Assembly: GCA_963771795.1 (NCBI GenBank)
Contig: CAVYUR010000006.1
Coordinates: forward strand, 473,725 to 537,724
Origin: an uncultured Chloroflexia bacterium
GTDB lineage: Bacteria > Chloroflexota > Limnocylindria > Limnocylindrales > CSP1-4
Length of the DNA stretch: 64,000 bases
Direction: 5' to 3'
The notes below the pieces were generated by a model. It worked only from the letters and a program-made list of their open reading frames with translations, did no database searches and had not been told where the DNA came from. The position numbers and the translations under genes were made by a program. Below, in pieces: positions 1-9,542 of the stretch (its first letter is position 1; every line of letters starts with the position of its first letter).

Positions 1-166
1 CGACCGCCAGGCGGCCCTGGTACCAGCCGCAGTTCGGGCAGACGTGATGCGGCAGCTTCGGCTCGTGGCAGTGATCGCACTCGACTAGCTTCGGCACGCT
101 CAGTGCGAGATGGGCGCGGCGCTCGCCCTTGCGGGCATGCGAGACGCGTCGCTTCGGAACTCCCAC
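1..166 (-). CDS. rpmF: 50S ribosomal protein L32 (3' end cut by window edge)
   Basis: Reverse-strand translation from GTG at 166 gives VGVPKRRVSHARKGERRAHLALS...LVECDHCHEPKLPHHVCPNCGWYQGR, the L32 zinc-ribbon signature. GGAGA Shine-Dalgarno upstream. Classic yceD-rpmF pairing. Confidence 0.85.
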   Translation of the reverse strand, partial: MGVPKRRVSHARKGERRAHLALSVPKLVECDHCHEPKLPHHVCPNCGWYQGRLAV

Positions 167-325
167 GGTCTGAGGTCTCCTTCGAAGGGGTCAGTCAGTG
201 TTGGCCGGGCGTCGCGTGGGACGCACCGAGACGCCCCATGCGTTCTGCGGGGCCGGTCGCGGAGTGTACCGCGCCGCGGTCAGGCGTGCCACCGCGGCAG
301 CCGTTCGTGGATCCCGCCAGCGTGC

Positions 326-886
326 TCAGTCATCGATGGCCTTGAATGCCTTGAGCGCCTCGAGCCGGGGGTCGATGTCGTCGGTTGGGTGGTCGTGCGT
401 CCCGTCGTCCAGTCGCTCGCCGCAGACGAGACACAGGCCGGTGCAGTCCGGGCGGCAGAGCGGGGCGATCGGCTCGGCGAGCAGCACGGCCTCGCGAACG
501 GCGCCCTCGAGGTCGAGCTCGTGATGGTCGGTCAGTCGCAGCTGTTCCTCCTCGCCCGGTTCCGGCGCGACCGGGTGACCGGTATGGAGATCGAGCGTTG
601 GGAGCGCCTCTTCCTCGATGAAGATCTCGATCGGGACCTCGATGTCTCGGAGGCAGCGACTGCATTCGGCCTGGAGGCTCGTCGTCAGGTCGGCGATCAC
701 GAGCAGACCGCGGTTGGTCCGGGCGAGCCGGACGTGGCCCTCGATTGGGTCGGCCTGGCGGAGATCGTCGCCCAGGTCGATCGTGACGCCGGCGACCTCG
801 TAGTCGCGCGTCGCGCCGGCCTCGTCACCGAGGAGGCCGGCGACGTTCCAGGAGAGAGGCTCGACGACCGGGCCCTTTGCGGTCAC
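326..886 (-). CDS. yceD: YceD/DUF177 family protein (large-subunit rRNA accumulation protein)
   Basis: 186-aa ORF with C-terminal CRPDCTGLCLVCGERL cysteine motif typical of DUF177. Lies immediately upstream of rpmF as in most bacteria. GTG start; overlaps the upstream gene's stop by 4 nt. Confidence 0.8.
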   Translation of the reverse strand: MTAKGPVVEPLSWNVAGLLGDEAGATRDYEVAGVTIDLGDDLRQADPIEGHVRLARTNRGLLVIADLTTSLQAECSRCLRDIEVPIEIFIEEEALPTLDLHTGHPVAPEPGEEEQLRLTDHHELDLEGAVREAVLLAEPIAPLCRPDCTGLCLVCGERLDDGTHDHPTDDIDPRLEALKAFKAIDD

Positions 887-1386
887 CGCCGCACCGGCAG
901 CGAGGCGTCCTCCTCGGCATCGTCGTCCACGTCGTCGGCGTCGTCCGTGTAGCCGGTCCAGCCCTCCTCGGGGCCGCTTCCATCGGCTGCGCCGGGTATG
1001 AATCCGGCCGGGACCTCGGCATGTCGTTCGTCGAGAAGGGAGATGCCCTTCTTGATGCTCTGGAGGGTCTTGACGACCTCGCCCTCGAGCGAGACGAGCA
1101 CACTGACCGCGTACTCGTCGGCGCCGCGGCGGACATCCTCGGCCTGGCCCTCCGCTTCGCCGATGATCCGCCGGCTCTCGGCCTCGGCCTGCTGGGTGAG
1201 GCCGCGCTCGTCGATCAGGAAGGCGGCCTGCTCCTGGGCACGGGCGACGATTCGCTCGGACTCTTCCTGGGCCTTCTCGATGATCCGCTCGCCCTCGGAG
1301 TTGATCCGCTTGGCTGCGCGGACCTCTTCGGGGACGGCGACGCGAAGCTCGTCGATGAGCCCGAGGGCGGCGGCCTGATCAACCAC
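883..1386 (-). CDS. hypothetical coiled-coil protein (ATP-synthase-b/DivIVA-like heptad region, acidic C-terminal tail)
   Basis: 167-aa ORF with GTG start and strongly coding-like GC3. Charged coiled-coil segment IIEKAQEESERIVARAQEQAAFLIDERG... and Asp/Glu-rich tail. No confident family assignment. Confidence 0.5.
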   Translation of the reverse strand: MVDQAAALGLIDELRVAVPEEVRAAKRINSEGERIIEKAQEESERIVARAQEQAAFLIDERGLTQQAEAESRRIIGEAEGQAEDVRRGADEYAVSVLVSLEGEVVKTLQSIKKGISLLDERHAEVPAGFIPGAADGSGPEEGWTGYTDDADDVDDDAEEDASLPVRR

Positions 1387-1595
1387 GACGTTGTTTGTCA
1401 GGGGGAGGCGCCGGCCGTTCGCGATGATCGACTCGAGGCGCTCGACGAGAAAGATGATGTCGATCGGAATGCCCTCCGGTGGCGGTCGACCGGGACGGCG
1501 GGTCGTTGGCCGGGATTATCGCACGGCGTCGCGCCGACCGACGGCGGAAGTTCGAGAGGCGGTTCCGGAGGCGGTCCTGTGGCGCGGTTTTCAGA

Positions 1596-2080
1596 GCGGC
1601 TCCGGGGCGCGGCTCGGCTCCGTGGCGCGGCTCGGCTCCGTGGAACGCCGGGCGTTCCTGCGGGCGGAGGAGCAAGCGGGGTGGGCCTTCGACGTGCCTC
1701 TCGTTCGTCACCTGGAACGCCAGCTGTTCCAACGGGCTGAGGAGCAGGCGGAATCCGCACCGCGGGAGACTCTCGTTCGTCGCTAGGAACGCCCGGGGTT
1801 CCAGCACGACGCTCGGGTCAGCTGCGGGGCGCCAACGGCTCGTCCTGCGAGCCAAACGTCGGCTGGTGGCACCGCGAACCGTCGGATCGCTCGCCTCGTT
1901 CGACATTTGGCTCGTCCGGCGAGCCGAACGTAGGTCGGCCGGCGCGGTATGGGGTCGCGGAGACGCGTCCGTCGACGCTTGGCACGCCGGGCGAACCGGG
2001 GGTGGTCGGTGGCCCCGCAGGCAATGCGTCAGCCGCGGAGCGTCAGCGGCGGCCCGGAACGTCAGCCGCGGGGCGGAGTA
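1596..2080. repeat. repeat-rich intergenic region (17-bp tandem x2; degenerate ~72-bp units; 12-bp cgtcagccgcgg motif x4)
   Basis: gcgcggctcggctccgtg occurs twice in tandem at about 1600-1634. ctctcgttcgtc(a/g)c(c/t)(t/a)ggaacgcc recurs at 1699 and 1771. gctcgtccNgcgagccRaacgt recurs at 1838 and 1909. cgtcagccgcgg-like units recur at 2019-2078. No convincing ORF in any frame. Confidence 0.5.
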
Positions 2081-2605
2081 TCAGCCTCGGGTGGCGGCGC
2101 TCGCCTCCCGCTCGGCGAGTGCGCGTGCGAGCGGCTCAACGGCGGCCTGCGGGATCATCGCCGACACGTCGCCGTCGAACGAGGCGATCTCCTTGACCAG
2201 GCTCGACGAGACGTAGCCGTGCTCGAGGGCCGTCATGAAGAAGACCGTGTCGACGTCGCCGGCGAGCTTCCGATTGTTGTGGGCAAGCTGCATCTCGGAC
2301 TCGAAGTCGCTGATCGCGCGAAGGCCGCGGACGATGAACTCGGCCCCGACGGCATGACAGAACTCGACCGTCAGCCCGTCGAACGACTGGACGTCGATAC
2401 GTCCGGGCTTCCCGGCGGCGCCCAGCTCACCGAGCGCATCCCGGATGATCCGGACTCGCTCGTCGGCCGGCAGCAGCGACTGCTTCCGTGGGTTCGCCAG
2501 CACTCCGACCACGATCTTGTCGAACGCAGACGCCGCCCGGCTGATGACGTCGAGATGGCCGTTCGTGATCGGATCGAAGGAGCCGGGGTAGACCGCGATG
2601 CTCAT
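2081..2605 (-). CDS. coaD: phosphopantetheine adenylyltransferase
   Basis: MSIAVYPGSFDPITNGHLDVISRA... gives the (T/H)xGH nucleotidyltransferase motif; about 175 aa. The annotated 256-aa ORF is an N-terminal over-extension, so the real start is the internal ATG at 2605. Overlaps rsmD stop by 4 nt. Confidence 0.9.
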   Translation of the reverse strand: MSIAVYPGSFDPITNGHLDVISRAASAFDKIVVGVLANPRKQSLLPADERVRIIRDALGELGAAGKPGRIDVQSFDGLTVEFCHAVGAEFIVRGLRAISDFESEMQLAHNNRKLAGDVDTVFFMTALEHGYVSSSLVKEIASFDGDVSAMIPQAAVEPLARALAEREASAATRG

Positions 2606-3180
2606 CCGCCCTCCTCGCGCCGGTAGAACGTCAGGGCCGTTTCCCCGAACCGCCGGTCGCGCTCGGATGCTAGCAGCCCGATCCTGTCCGGCGGGCGGTC
2701 GCGCCAGAAGTGCTTCGCCACGACCCGGGCCCCGGGCGCCAGGCGGGCGGTGTCGGGCGCGCCGAGGACCGTCAGGGTTCGGATCAGGGCCTCGGTGTCG
2801 GCATACGGCGGATCCACGATCACCAGGTCGAATGGCTCGGCAGCGGACCACGGTCGCCCGAGCCAGCCGACGACGTCCGACGAGATCACTCGGGCATCCG
2901 GCCCGTCGAGTGATGTGGCCCGAAGGTTCGCCTCGATGACCTGGGCGGTGCGCGGATCCTTCTCGATGAACACCGCCGACGCCGCGCCACGCGACAACGC
3001 CTCGATCCCACCCGCACCACTCCCCGCGAACAGGTCCAGGACACGGGCGCCCGGGAGGTCGGGCTCGAGGATCGCGAAGAGCGTCTGCTTGACGCGGTCG
3101 GCGAACGGCCGCGTGCCGACCCTCGTCCGCAGCCTGATGCCGCGCGCCGAACCCGCGATGACCCGGCCGGCATCACTCAC
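2602..3180 (-). CDS. rsmD: 16S rRNA (guanine966-N2)-methyltransferase
   Basis: 192 aa with LDLFAGSGAGGIEALSRGA SAM-binding motif and DPPY motif. Conserved rsmD-coaD pair. GTG start. Confidence 0.85.
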   Translation of the reverse strand: MSDAGRVIAGSARGIRLRTRVGTRPFADRVKQTLFAILEPDLPGARVLDLFAGSGAGGIEALSRGAASAVFIEKDPRTAQVIEANLRATSLDGPDARVISSDVVGWLGRPWSAAEPFDLVIVDPPYADTEALIRTLTVLGAPDTARLAPGARVVAKHFWRDRPPDRIGLLASERDRRFGETALTFYRREEGG

Positions 3181-3210
3181 CGCGGCATCGTAGCGTTCGG
3201 GCCGGCCGGC

Positions 3211-4437
3211 TCAGCGATGTGGACGCGTCTCGTGCATCCGGAAGGCGACGACGATCCCGGAGGCGAGCGTGATCGCAGCCACGACGGCGATCGCCGTCGA
3301 CATGCCCGCCCGGTCCGCGACGACGCCAACGAGGATCGCCCCGGCGGCAAACCCGAGGTCCCGCCACATCCGATACACACCGAGCGCCGATCCTCGCCAA
3401 GCGGGATCCGCGACGTCGGCGACCGCGGCGAGAAGCGTCGGGTACACCATGGCCGTTCCGAGTCCGAGGCCAACGCACGCCCCGAACCACGGCCAGAAGC
3501 CCGTCGTCACGGCGATTGCCGCGATCGCCCCTGCCTGGAGGACCAGCCCGCCGACGATCAGCCCCTTCCGCCCGATGCGGTCGGACAACGCGCCCGTCGC
3601 GAGTTGACAGGTTCCCCACGTCAGCGGGTATGTGGCGGCCAGCGTGGCGATCTCAGTGAGTGGCAGCCCGGCCGCGGCATAGAAGAGGGGCAGCAGGCCC
3701 CATGCCATGCCGTCGTTGAGGTTGTTGACGAGCCCGGCCTGGCTGGCGGCCGACAGAGACGGATGGATGAAGCTCGTCCGCAGCACGACGGTGCGCCACG
3801 GCGGCCGGACGGCCCGCTCGACGAGCGAGTGCTCGAGGCTGACGTGATCCCTGGTCTCGCGAATCGCCACAGCCGAAAGCACGAGGCCGCTGATGGCCAC
3901 GACGATCCCCAGGAAGAACGGGGCCGGTCGGAGGCCGGCCTGGTCGGCGATCACGCCGGTTACGAACGCCGTGACGGCGACGGCGCTGTAGCCCGCCGCC
4001 TCGTTCAGCCCGAGCGCCAGGCCACGCCGGCGGGGCCCGACGAGGTCCACCTTCATCATCACCGCGACCGACCACGTCAGACCCTGGTTTATGCCGAGGA
4101 GGACGTTCGCGGCGACCACCCATTCCCACGTAGGCGCCCAGATCAGGAGGAACGGCACAGGTACCCCGACGAGCCAACCAGCGATGAGCACCGGCCGTCG
4201 CCCGTAGCGGTCCGCGAGGAGCCCCGCCGCGAGGTTCGTCAGAGCCTTCGTGATCCCGAACGCGACGAGGAACGTCAGGGCGGAGGCGATCCCGGTCAGC
4301 CCGAAGATCTGGGTCGCCATCAGCGGCAGGACCGTCCGCTCCTGGCCGACCATCGCGCCGATCAGCGTCTGGACGCCGACGAGCAGGGCGAATTGGCCGG
4401 CATTGACCCGCAACCCGAGAGCGATCGGCAACGCCAT
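3211..4437 (-). CDS. MFS transporter
   Basis: 408 aa, about 12 predicted TM helices. MFS signature loop GLLADRYGRRPVL and second-half repeat DRIGRKGL. Confidence 0.8.
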   Translation of the reverse strand: MALPIALGLRVNAGQFALLVGVQTLIGAMVGQERTVLPLMATQIFGLTGIASALTFLVAFGITKALTNLAAGLLADRYGRRPVLIAGWLVGVPVPFLLIWAPTWEWVVAANVLLGINQGLTWSVAVMMKVDLVGPRRRGLALGLNEAAGYSAVAVTAFVTGVIADQAGLRPAPFFLGIVVAISGLVLSAVAIRETRDHVSLEHSLVERAVRPPWRTVVLRTSFIHPSLSAASQAGLVNNLNDGMAWGLLPLFYAAAGLPLTEIATLAATYPLTWGTCQLATGALSDRIGRKGLIVGGLVLQAGAIAAIAVTTGFWPWFGACVGLGLGTAMVYPTLLAAVADVADPAWRGSALGVYRMWRDLGFAAGAILVGVVADRAGMSTAIAVVAAITLASGIVVAFRMHETRPHR

Positions 4438-4443
4438 GCTGCC

Positions 4444-6666
4444 TCAGGCGCCGCTCGCCGGGTCGCCGGCCCAGACCCGCTCGAGCCAGCCGTGCTGGAG
4501 CTCGCGCGCGAGGGCCGCCTCACCGGCTGGCAGTGCGCCCGCGTCGTCGAGGAGCGATTCCGCGTGCTCCCGGGCCCGGCGTGCCAGCACGACGTGGGCC
4601 TTGTCCTGGAGCGACGCCACCCTGAGCCGCGGCAGCCCGCTCTGCGCGAGGCCCAGCACATCGCCCTCGCGTCGCAGCTCGAAGTCGCGCTCGGCGAGCT
4701 CGAACCCGTCGCTCATCTCGGTGACGGCCTTGAGCCGGGCCTTGGCCGTGTCGTCGGTCGTGTCGGAGACCAGCACGCAGAACGACTCGACGATGCCGCG
4801 GCCAACGCGGCCGCGGAGCTGGTGGAGCTGGGCGAGCCCGAACCGATCCGCACCCTCGATGATCATCATCGTGGCCTCGGGGACGTCGACGCCGACCTCG
4901 ATGACGGTCGTACCGACGAGGACATCGAGCTCGCCGTCCCGGAAGCGAGCCATTTCCGCATCGCGATCGGCGGCTTTCATCCGGCCATGAACCATCCCGA
5001 CGCGGAGCGGCGCGAGGAGCGCCCGGAGGCGAACCAATTCTGCCTCGGCCGCCGGGGCGGAGGAGTCGAAGATGGTCGGCGCGTCCTCCGCCGGCGCGTC
5101 GGCCTCGTCGATCAACGGAACGACCACAAACGTCCGATGTCCAGCCGCCGCCTCTGCTCTAACCCGATCCCAGACGGCTCCGATCGCGTCGGGGTGGCGG
5201 ATGCCCGTCCTGATCGGGATCCGGCCCTCCGGCTGGGTGCGCAGGTCGGACACGTCGAGGTCCGCGTAGAGGACTTGGCCGAGCGTTCGCGGGATCGGCG
5301 TCGCTGTCATCAGCAACACGTGTGGCGCATGGCCGCCGGCCTTCGCCTCGAGTTGTCCGCGCTGCTCGACTCCGAAACGGTGCTGCTCGTCGATCACGAC
5401 GACGCCCAGGCCGGCAAATGAGACGCGCTCCTGGATGAGCGCGTGCGTCCCGACGACGACCGGGGCCATGCCCGAGGCCACGAGATCGAGCGTCTGGCGC
5501 GAGGCCGCCGCCGACAGCGAGCCCGTGAGCAACTCCACCGGGATGGCGGCATCCTCGAGGAGCGAGCTCAACGTCCTGTGGTGCTGCCTGGCAAGGAGGT
5601 CGGTCGGGGCAAGGAGGGCACCCTGGAGGCCGGCGCGTGCGGCCGCCGCCAGCGCGTACGCCGCGACGGCGGTCTTGCCCGATCCGACGTCGCCCTGGAG
5701 AAGCCGCAGCATCGGCGTCGGCCGGTCGAGGTCCGTCCGGAGGTCCGCGATCGCCGTCGCCTGGTCATCGGTCAGGGCCACCTCGCGCTCGAGCTTGCGC
5801 GACAGCGAGCCGGTCAATGCGCGCCGCAAGGCCGCGTCGGTCTCGTCGTCGATCGGGATCGGTCGCGCCGCATCACGCCCACGCTGCCGCCTGCGCCCGA
5901 CCATCCCGAGCTGGAGCGCGAGCAGCTCGTCGAAGGCGAGCCGGCGGAGGGCGGCGTCGCGTCCCTCGAACGACGCGGGGTAGTGGGCCTCCTCCAGGGC
6001 GGTCCCGATCGGGACGAGCTCCTCGCCCTCGCGGATCGGCCGCGGCAGATACTCCGGGTAGGCATTGCCCGCGCGATCGAGGACGTCGCGCATCGCGATC
6101 CGTAGCCGCGTCGCCGTGAGCCCGGCCGTCAGCCGGTAGACCGGCACGATCCGACCGACGTGGAGCATCTCGTCGTCGTTGCCCTCGGGCTGGAAGTCGG
6201 GGTTGTCGAGGGTCAGCTTCCGGCCGAAGTGCTTGAGCTTGCCCGACACGACGACCTTGTCGTCGACGTGGAGCCGCCGTTCGATGAAGCGGCGCCCGAA
6301 CCACGTCGCATCGATCGTGCCGGTCTCGTCCTCGAGGGTCGCGATCGTTCGCTGGATCCGTCGCCGGAACGACGGCTCGACGCGAACGTCGACCACCCGC
6401 ACCCGGGCGCTGACGACCGTCCCGTCCTCCACCCAGGCGAGGTCGCCGAGCTTGCGCATCTCGCGGAGGTCGTCGTAGCGGCGCGGGAGATGGAAGAGCA
6501 ACTCACGAACGGTGTAGAAGCCGAGCCGGCGCCCGGCCCGCTTGAGGATGTTGACCGCCGCGATGCCCGATCCAGCGATGTCCGTGTCGAGGAGCTCGGC
6601 CGGCTCGGTCGGCGGCGGCGGTGGTGCGGGCGGCTTCGGGGAGCGGCGCGCCGTCGTTCCGGCCAC
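4444..6666 (-). CDS. recG: ATP-dependent DNA helicase RecG
   Basis: 740 aa with GDVGSGKT Walker A, DEQHRFG, helicase C motifs (QLHQLRGRVGRG) and an N-terminal wedge domain. GTG start. yloV-recG synteny. Confidence 0.9.
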   Translation of the reverse strand: MAGTTARRSPKPPAPPPPPTEPAELLDTDIAGSGIAAVNILKRAGRRLGFYTVRELLFHLPRRYDDLREMRKLGDLAWVEDGTVVSARVRVVDVRVEPSFRRRIQRTIATLEDETGTIDATWFGRRFIERRLHVDDKVVVSGKLKHFGRKLTLDNPDFQPEGNDDEMLHVGRIVPVYRLTAGLTATRLRIAMRDVLDRAGNAYPEYLPRPIREGEELVPIGTALEEAHYPASFEGRDAALRRLAFDELLALQLGMVGRRRQRGRDAARPIPIDDETDAALRRALTGSLSRKLEREVALTDDQATAIADLRTDLDRPTPMLRLLQGDVGSGKTAVAAYALAAAARAGLQGALLAPTDLLARQHHRTLSSLLEDAAIPVELLTGSLSAAASRQTLDLVASGMAPVVVGTHALIQERVSFAGLGVVVIDEQHRFGVEQRGQLEAKAGGHAPHVLLMTATPIPRTLGQVLYADLDVSDLRTQPEGRIPIRTGIRHPDAIGAVWDRVRAEAAAGHRTFVVVPLIDEADAPAEDAPTIFDSSAPAAEAELVRLRALLAPLRVGMVHGRMKAADRDAEMARFRDGELDVLVGTTVIEVGVDVPEATMMIIEGADRFGLAQLHQLRGRVGRGIVESFCVLVSDTTDDTAKARLKAVTEMSDGFELAERDFELRREGDVLGLAQSGLPRLRVASLQDKAHVVLARRAREHAESLLDDAGALPAGEAALARELQHGWLERVWAGDPASGA

Positions 6667-6670
6667 GCGC

Positions 6671-8392
6671 CTACTCGGCGGAGATGAGATAGCGGTAATG
6701 CGGCTGGCCGCCGTGGACTACCTCGACCTCGATCCCGCGCGACGCCGCCCCGATCCTGCGGGCGAGCTCCTCGGCCTCAGCGAGGTTCGAGTCCGCGCCG
6801 TAGTAGAGGGTGACGAGCTCAAAGCCCGGAGTGAACGACGAAACGGCCTTGAGGACCGCCTTGTCCCGGTTGCTGTCGACGGCGACGAGGCCGTCGTCCG
6901 GGTCGAGGGCAATGGTCTGACCACGCTTGACCTTCTTGCCGCCGATCGTGGCGTTTCGAACGGCCTCCGTCACCTGGACCGACTGGATCGCCCGGCTCGC
7001 CTCGGTCATCGGCCCTGCGTTGGCCGTGGCGTCGAGGGTCGGGTCGAGCGCCAGGAGCGCCGCGATCCCCTCGGCGGCATTGCGGGTGGGCACGACGACC
7101 AGGCGCTTGTCCTCGCAGACCTTGGCGGCCTGTTCGGCCGCGAGCCGGACGTTCGGGTTGTTCGGTAGCAGGAGGACCTCGCGTGCGCGCGCGAGGCGGG
7201 CGACCCGCAGCAGCTCGCCGGTGCTCGGGTTGGCCATCTGGCCGCCGCTCACGATCTGGTCGACCCCGAACGACTCGAAGACCTTGGCGAGTCCGTCGCC
7301 TGCGACGACGGCAACGATCGCCGGGCCCGGCCGGAGCGGCGCGTCGGCCGAGAAGCCGTTCGTCGAGCTCTCGGTGCCAGGGACCTCGGAGGTCTCCGGC
7401 GCGACGGCGGCACCGGCGCCGGACTCGGCGCCGGTGAACGCCGTGGCCCGCGCTTCGCGGACGTCGCGCGCCTGGTTGTCGAGGTTCTCGACGCTGATCC
7501 GGCTCAGGCTGCCGATCTCCAGGCCGTAGGCGATGACGGCGTCCGGGCGCTCGTTATGGACATGGACCTTGAGCGCCCGCGCGTCGCCGGCGACGAGGAC
7601 CGACTCGCCGATCGATTCGAGGTGGTTGCGGATCGCATCGACGTCGAGCGGGCGACCGGGATTGGCCTGGAGCAGATACATCGTCTCGTAGCCGAAGCCG
7701 TCATCGGCATGGGCGACGAGGGCCGATGGCTTGGCCGCCGCTCGTGTTCGGCCGGCGGCGGCTCCAGCGGGCGCCTGGCCAAGAAGATGGAGCAATGCGC
7801 CCTGGAACAGCCGGTACACGCCCTGCCCGCCCGCATCGACGACGCCAGCCTCCCGGAGGATCGCGAGCAGCGACGGCGTCCGGGCGACGGACTTCTCCGC
7901 GGCTTCGACTGCGGCCGTCAGGACCGTCTCGATGTCGTTCGCCTTCTCGGCGGCGACGACCGCGCCCTCGGCCGACTCGCGGATGACGGTCAGGATCGTG
8001 CCTTCGACCGGCTTTGCGACGGCGCTGTAGGCCGACTTCGCCCCCCGCGACAGTGCGTGCGCGAGGTCGAGCCCGTTGAACCGCGACTTGCCGCCGAATG
8101 CCTCCGCCATCCCGCGGAAGATCTGGCTGGTGATCACCCCCGAGTTGCCCCGAGCGCCCATCAGCGCGCCGAAGCTGATCGCGGCGGCGATGCGCTCGAC
8201 GGTGACATCGGTGACGGCCTCCGCCTCGGCCAGCGCGGCCTTCACGGTCGCATACATGTTCGCGCCGGTATCGCCATCGGGAACCGGGTAGACGTTGAGG
8301 CTGTTGATCTCGTCGACGTGCGCGTCGAGGTTGGCGACACCCGCACGGAACGCTTCGAGGAGCCCGGCGCCGTCGCAGGCTCGTCGGGCCAT
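6671..8392 (-). CDS. yloV: DAK2-domain fusion protein YloV
   Basis: 573 aa. N-terminal Dak2 domain (NVYPVPDGDTGANM) plus C-terminal DegV-like region. Conserved position between asp23 and recG. Confidence 0.85.
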   Translation of the reverse strand: MARRACDGAGLLEAFRAGVANLDAHVDEINSLNVYPVPDGDTGANMYATVKAALAEAEAVTDVTVERIAAAISFGALMGARGNSGVITSQIFRGMAEAFGGKSRFNGLDLAHALSRGAKSAYSAVAKPVEGTILTVIRESAEGAVVAAEKANDIETVLTAAVEAAEKSVARTPSLLAILREAGVVDAGGQGVYRLFQGALLHLLGQAPAGAAAGRTRAAAKPSALVAHADDGFGYETMYLLQANPGRPLDVDAIRNHLESIGESVLVAGDARALKVHVHNERPDAVIAYGLEIGSLSRISVENLDNQARDVREARATAFTGAESGAGAAVAPETSEVPGTESSTNGFSADAPLRPGPAIVAVVAGDGLAKVFESFGVDQIVSGGQMANPSTGELLRVARLARAREVLLLPNNPNVRLAAEQAAKVCEDKRLVVVPTRNAAEGIAALLALDPTLDATANAGPMTEASRAIQSVQVTEAVRNATIGGKKVKRGQTIALDPDDGLVAVDSNRDKAVLKAVSSFTPGFELVTLYYGADSNLAEAEELARRIGAASRGIEVEVVHGGQPHYRYLISAE

Positions 8393-8886
8393 CAGGCGAC
8401 GTCCGTCCCGCTGGCGGCCAGGTCGTCCGGACGCGCGCCGGATTGGGCAACCGGGGTCGCCGGCAGGTCGCCGGGCTGGTAGCTGAGGCCGTCGACATGG
8501 ATCGTCAACCGCGCGACCTCGCGGTCAAGCGCCCGCCGTAGCGCGTAGCGAACCGCCGAATCGACCTGGCGGGCGACCTCGGCGATCGGCACGCCGTAGG
8601 CGACGGTCAGATCGAGGTCTACGACGAGGTCAGGGCGACCGCCGGGCGGCCTCTCGCCGACAGCCCCATCGCCGAACGTGACGATGATGCCCGGCTGGGC
8701 GAACCCGAGCCGCTCGAGGATGCGACCGATGATCCCTCCGGCGAACCCGGTGACCCCATAAGACCCGAGGGTCGCGGTCCGGACGATGTCGACGATGGCT
8801 CGGCGGCTGACGATCGATCGACCGGGTGTTGATGCGGAACGACCGGGGGTCGGTGCGGATCGACGGGGCGTCGATGCGGTGGGCAC
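8392..8886 (-). CDS. Asp23/Gls24 (alkaline shock protein) family protein; N-terminus encoded by a 21-bp tandem repeat
   Basis: C-terminal 120 aa (IVDIVRTATLGSYGVTGFAGG...TVAYGVPIAEVARQVDSAVRYAL...) match Asp23. Stop overlaps yloV start (ATGA). No in-frame ATG; a GTG at 8886 is the most plausible start because the ATG at 9027 would collide with divergent rpmB. Start uncertain. Confidence 0.6.
   Translation of the reverse strand: MPTASTPRRSAPTPGRSASTPGRSIVSRRAIVDIVRTATLGSYGVTGFAGGIIGRILERLGFAQPGIIVTFGDGAVGERPPGGRPDLVVDLDLTVAYGVPIAEVARQVDSAVRYALRRALDREVARLTIHVDGLSYQPGDLPATPVAQSGARPDDLAASGTDVA
8819..8881. repeat. 3 x 21-bp in-frame tandem repeat (encodes S/T-P-x-P-G-R-S heptads)
   Basis: cgaccgggtgttgatgcggaa / cgaccgggggtcggtgcggat / cgacggggcgtcgatgcggtg, contiguous, inside the 5' end of the Asp23-family ORF. 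Confidence 0.7.
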
Positions 8887-9025
8887 GCGGGCGGTGACCT
8901 CCGATATCCGTGGCGGTAGACGTCTGGCGGTTCCCGCGGGGGCGGTGCTATCATACCGCCCCGTTCGGCCCCTCCGAGGTTGGCCGCTCCTGACTTCACG
9001 CTTGATCAACGCTCCGAGGACCAGC

Positions 9026-9223
9026 ATGCCCCGTTCCTGTGCGATCTGCGGCAAGGTGTCGATGGGTGGGTTCAACCCCCAGTCGTCCGGCATGAACCGC
9101 GTCCGCGCCCACCGCCGTTACCAGCCGAACCTTCAGCCGTTCACGATCGTCAAGGACGGGGCCTCGACCAAGGCGCTCGTCTGCACGCGCTGCCGTCGCA
9201 CCTCGCTGAAGACCACCAAGTAG
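9026..9223 (+). CDS. rpmB: 50S ribosomal protein L28
   Basis: 65 aa MPRSCAICGKVSMGGFNPQSSGMNRVRAHRRYQPNLQPFTIVKDGASTKALVCTRCRR... gives the L28 CxxCGK...PNLQ...VCTxC pattern. GAGGA Shine-Dalgarno 8 nt upstream. Divergent from asp23-yloV-recG as in Firmicutes/Actinobacteria. Confidence 0.9.
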   Translation: MPRSCAICGKVSMGGFNPQSSGMNRVRAHRRYQPNLQPFTIVKDGASTKALVCTRCRRTSLKTTK

Positions 9224-9542
9224 CGGTCGCCGCACGGGCGCGACGCCAGCTCGACCCGCGGACCCGACCGGTCGCCCACGCGGCGGCCGGTTTTCGTTGG
9301 TACTTCCGAGCGGCTGCCCTGATCTAGCCAATCTTGCGCGGGCGGAACGTTAGCGGCGACCTGGTCCTCGCAGGCGGTGCGAATGGGCGCAACGCGACGC
9401 AATTCGTGCGCGCGTGAACGTCGAATCCTCTCAGGCTAACGATCGTGGCCACGTCGATATGCGCCAGCGTTCTACCGATGCAACTTTGGCCAGTTACAGC
9501 CCGAACCGCGCACGATGCCGGCACGCTTGGATCGGCCGTTGG

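Noticed and set aside
3217-5421. 734-aa plus-strand ORF
   Set aside because: Antisense to the MFS transporter and recG. The translation is low-complexity R/P/G/D-rich nonsense typical of high-GC antisense frames.
8786-9223. 145-aa extended ORF containing rpmB
   Set aside because: Only the last 65 codons match L28, and a good Shine-Dalgarno precedes the internal ATG at 9026. The upstream part would overlap asp23 on the other strand.
9224-9540. Lower-GC 320-bp gap between convergent rpmB and the SnoaL-like gene, considered as possible ncRNA or terminator region
   Set aside because: No convincing hairpin with U-tract and no recognisable ncRNA motif. Only weak imperfect stems. Left unannotated.
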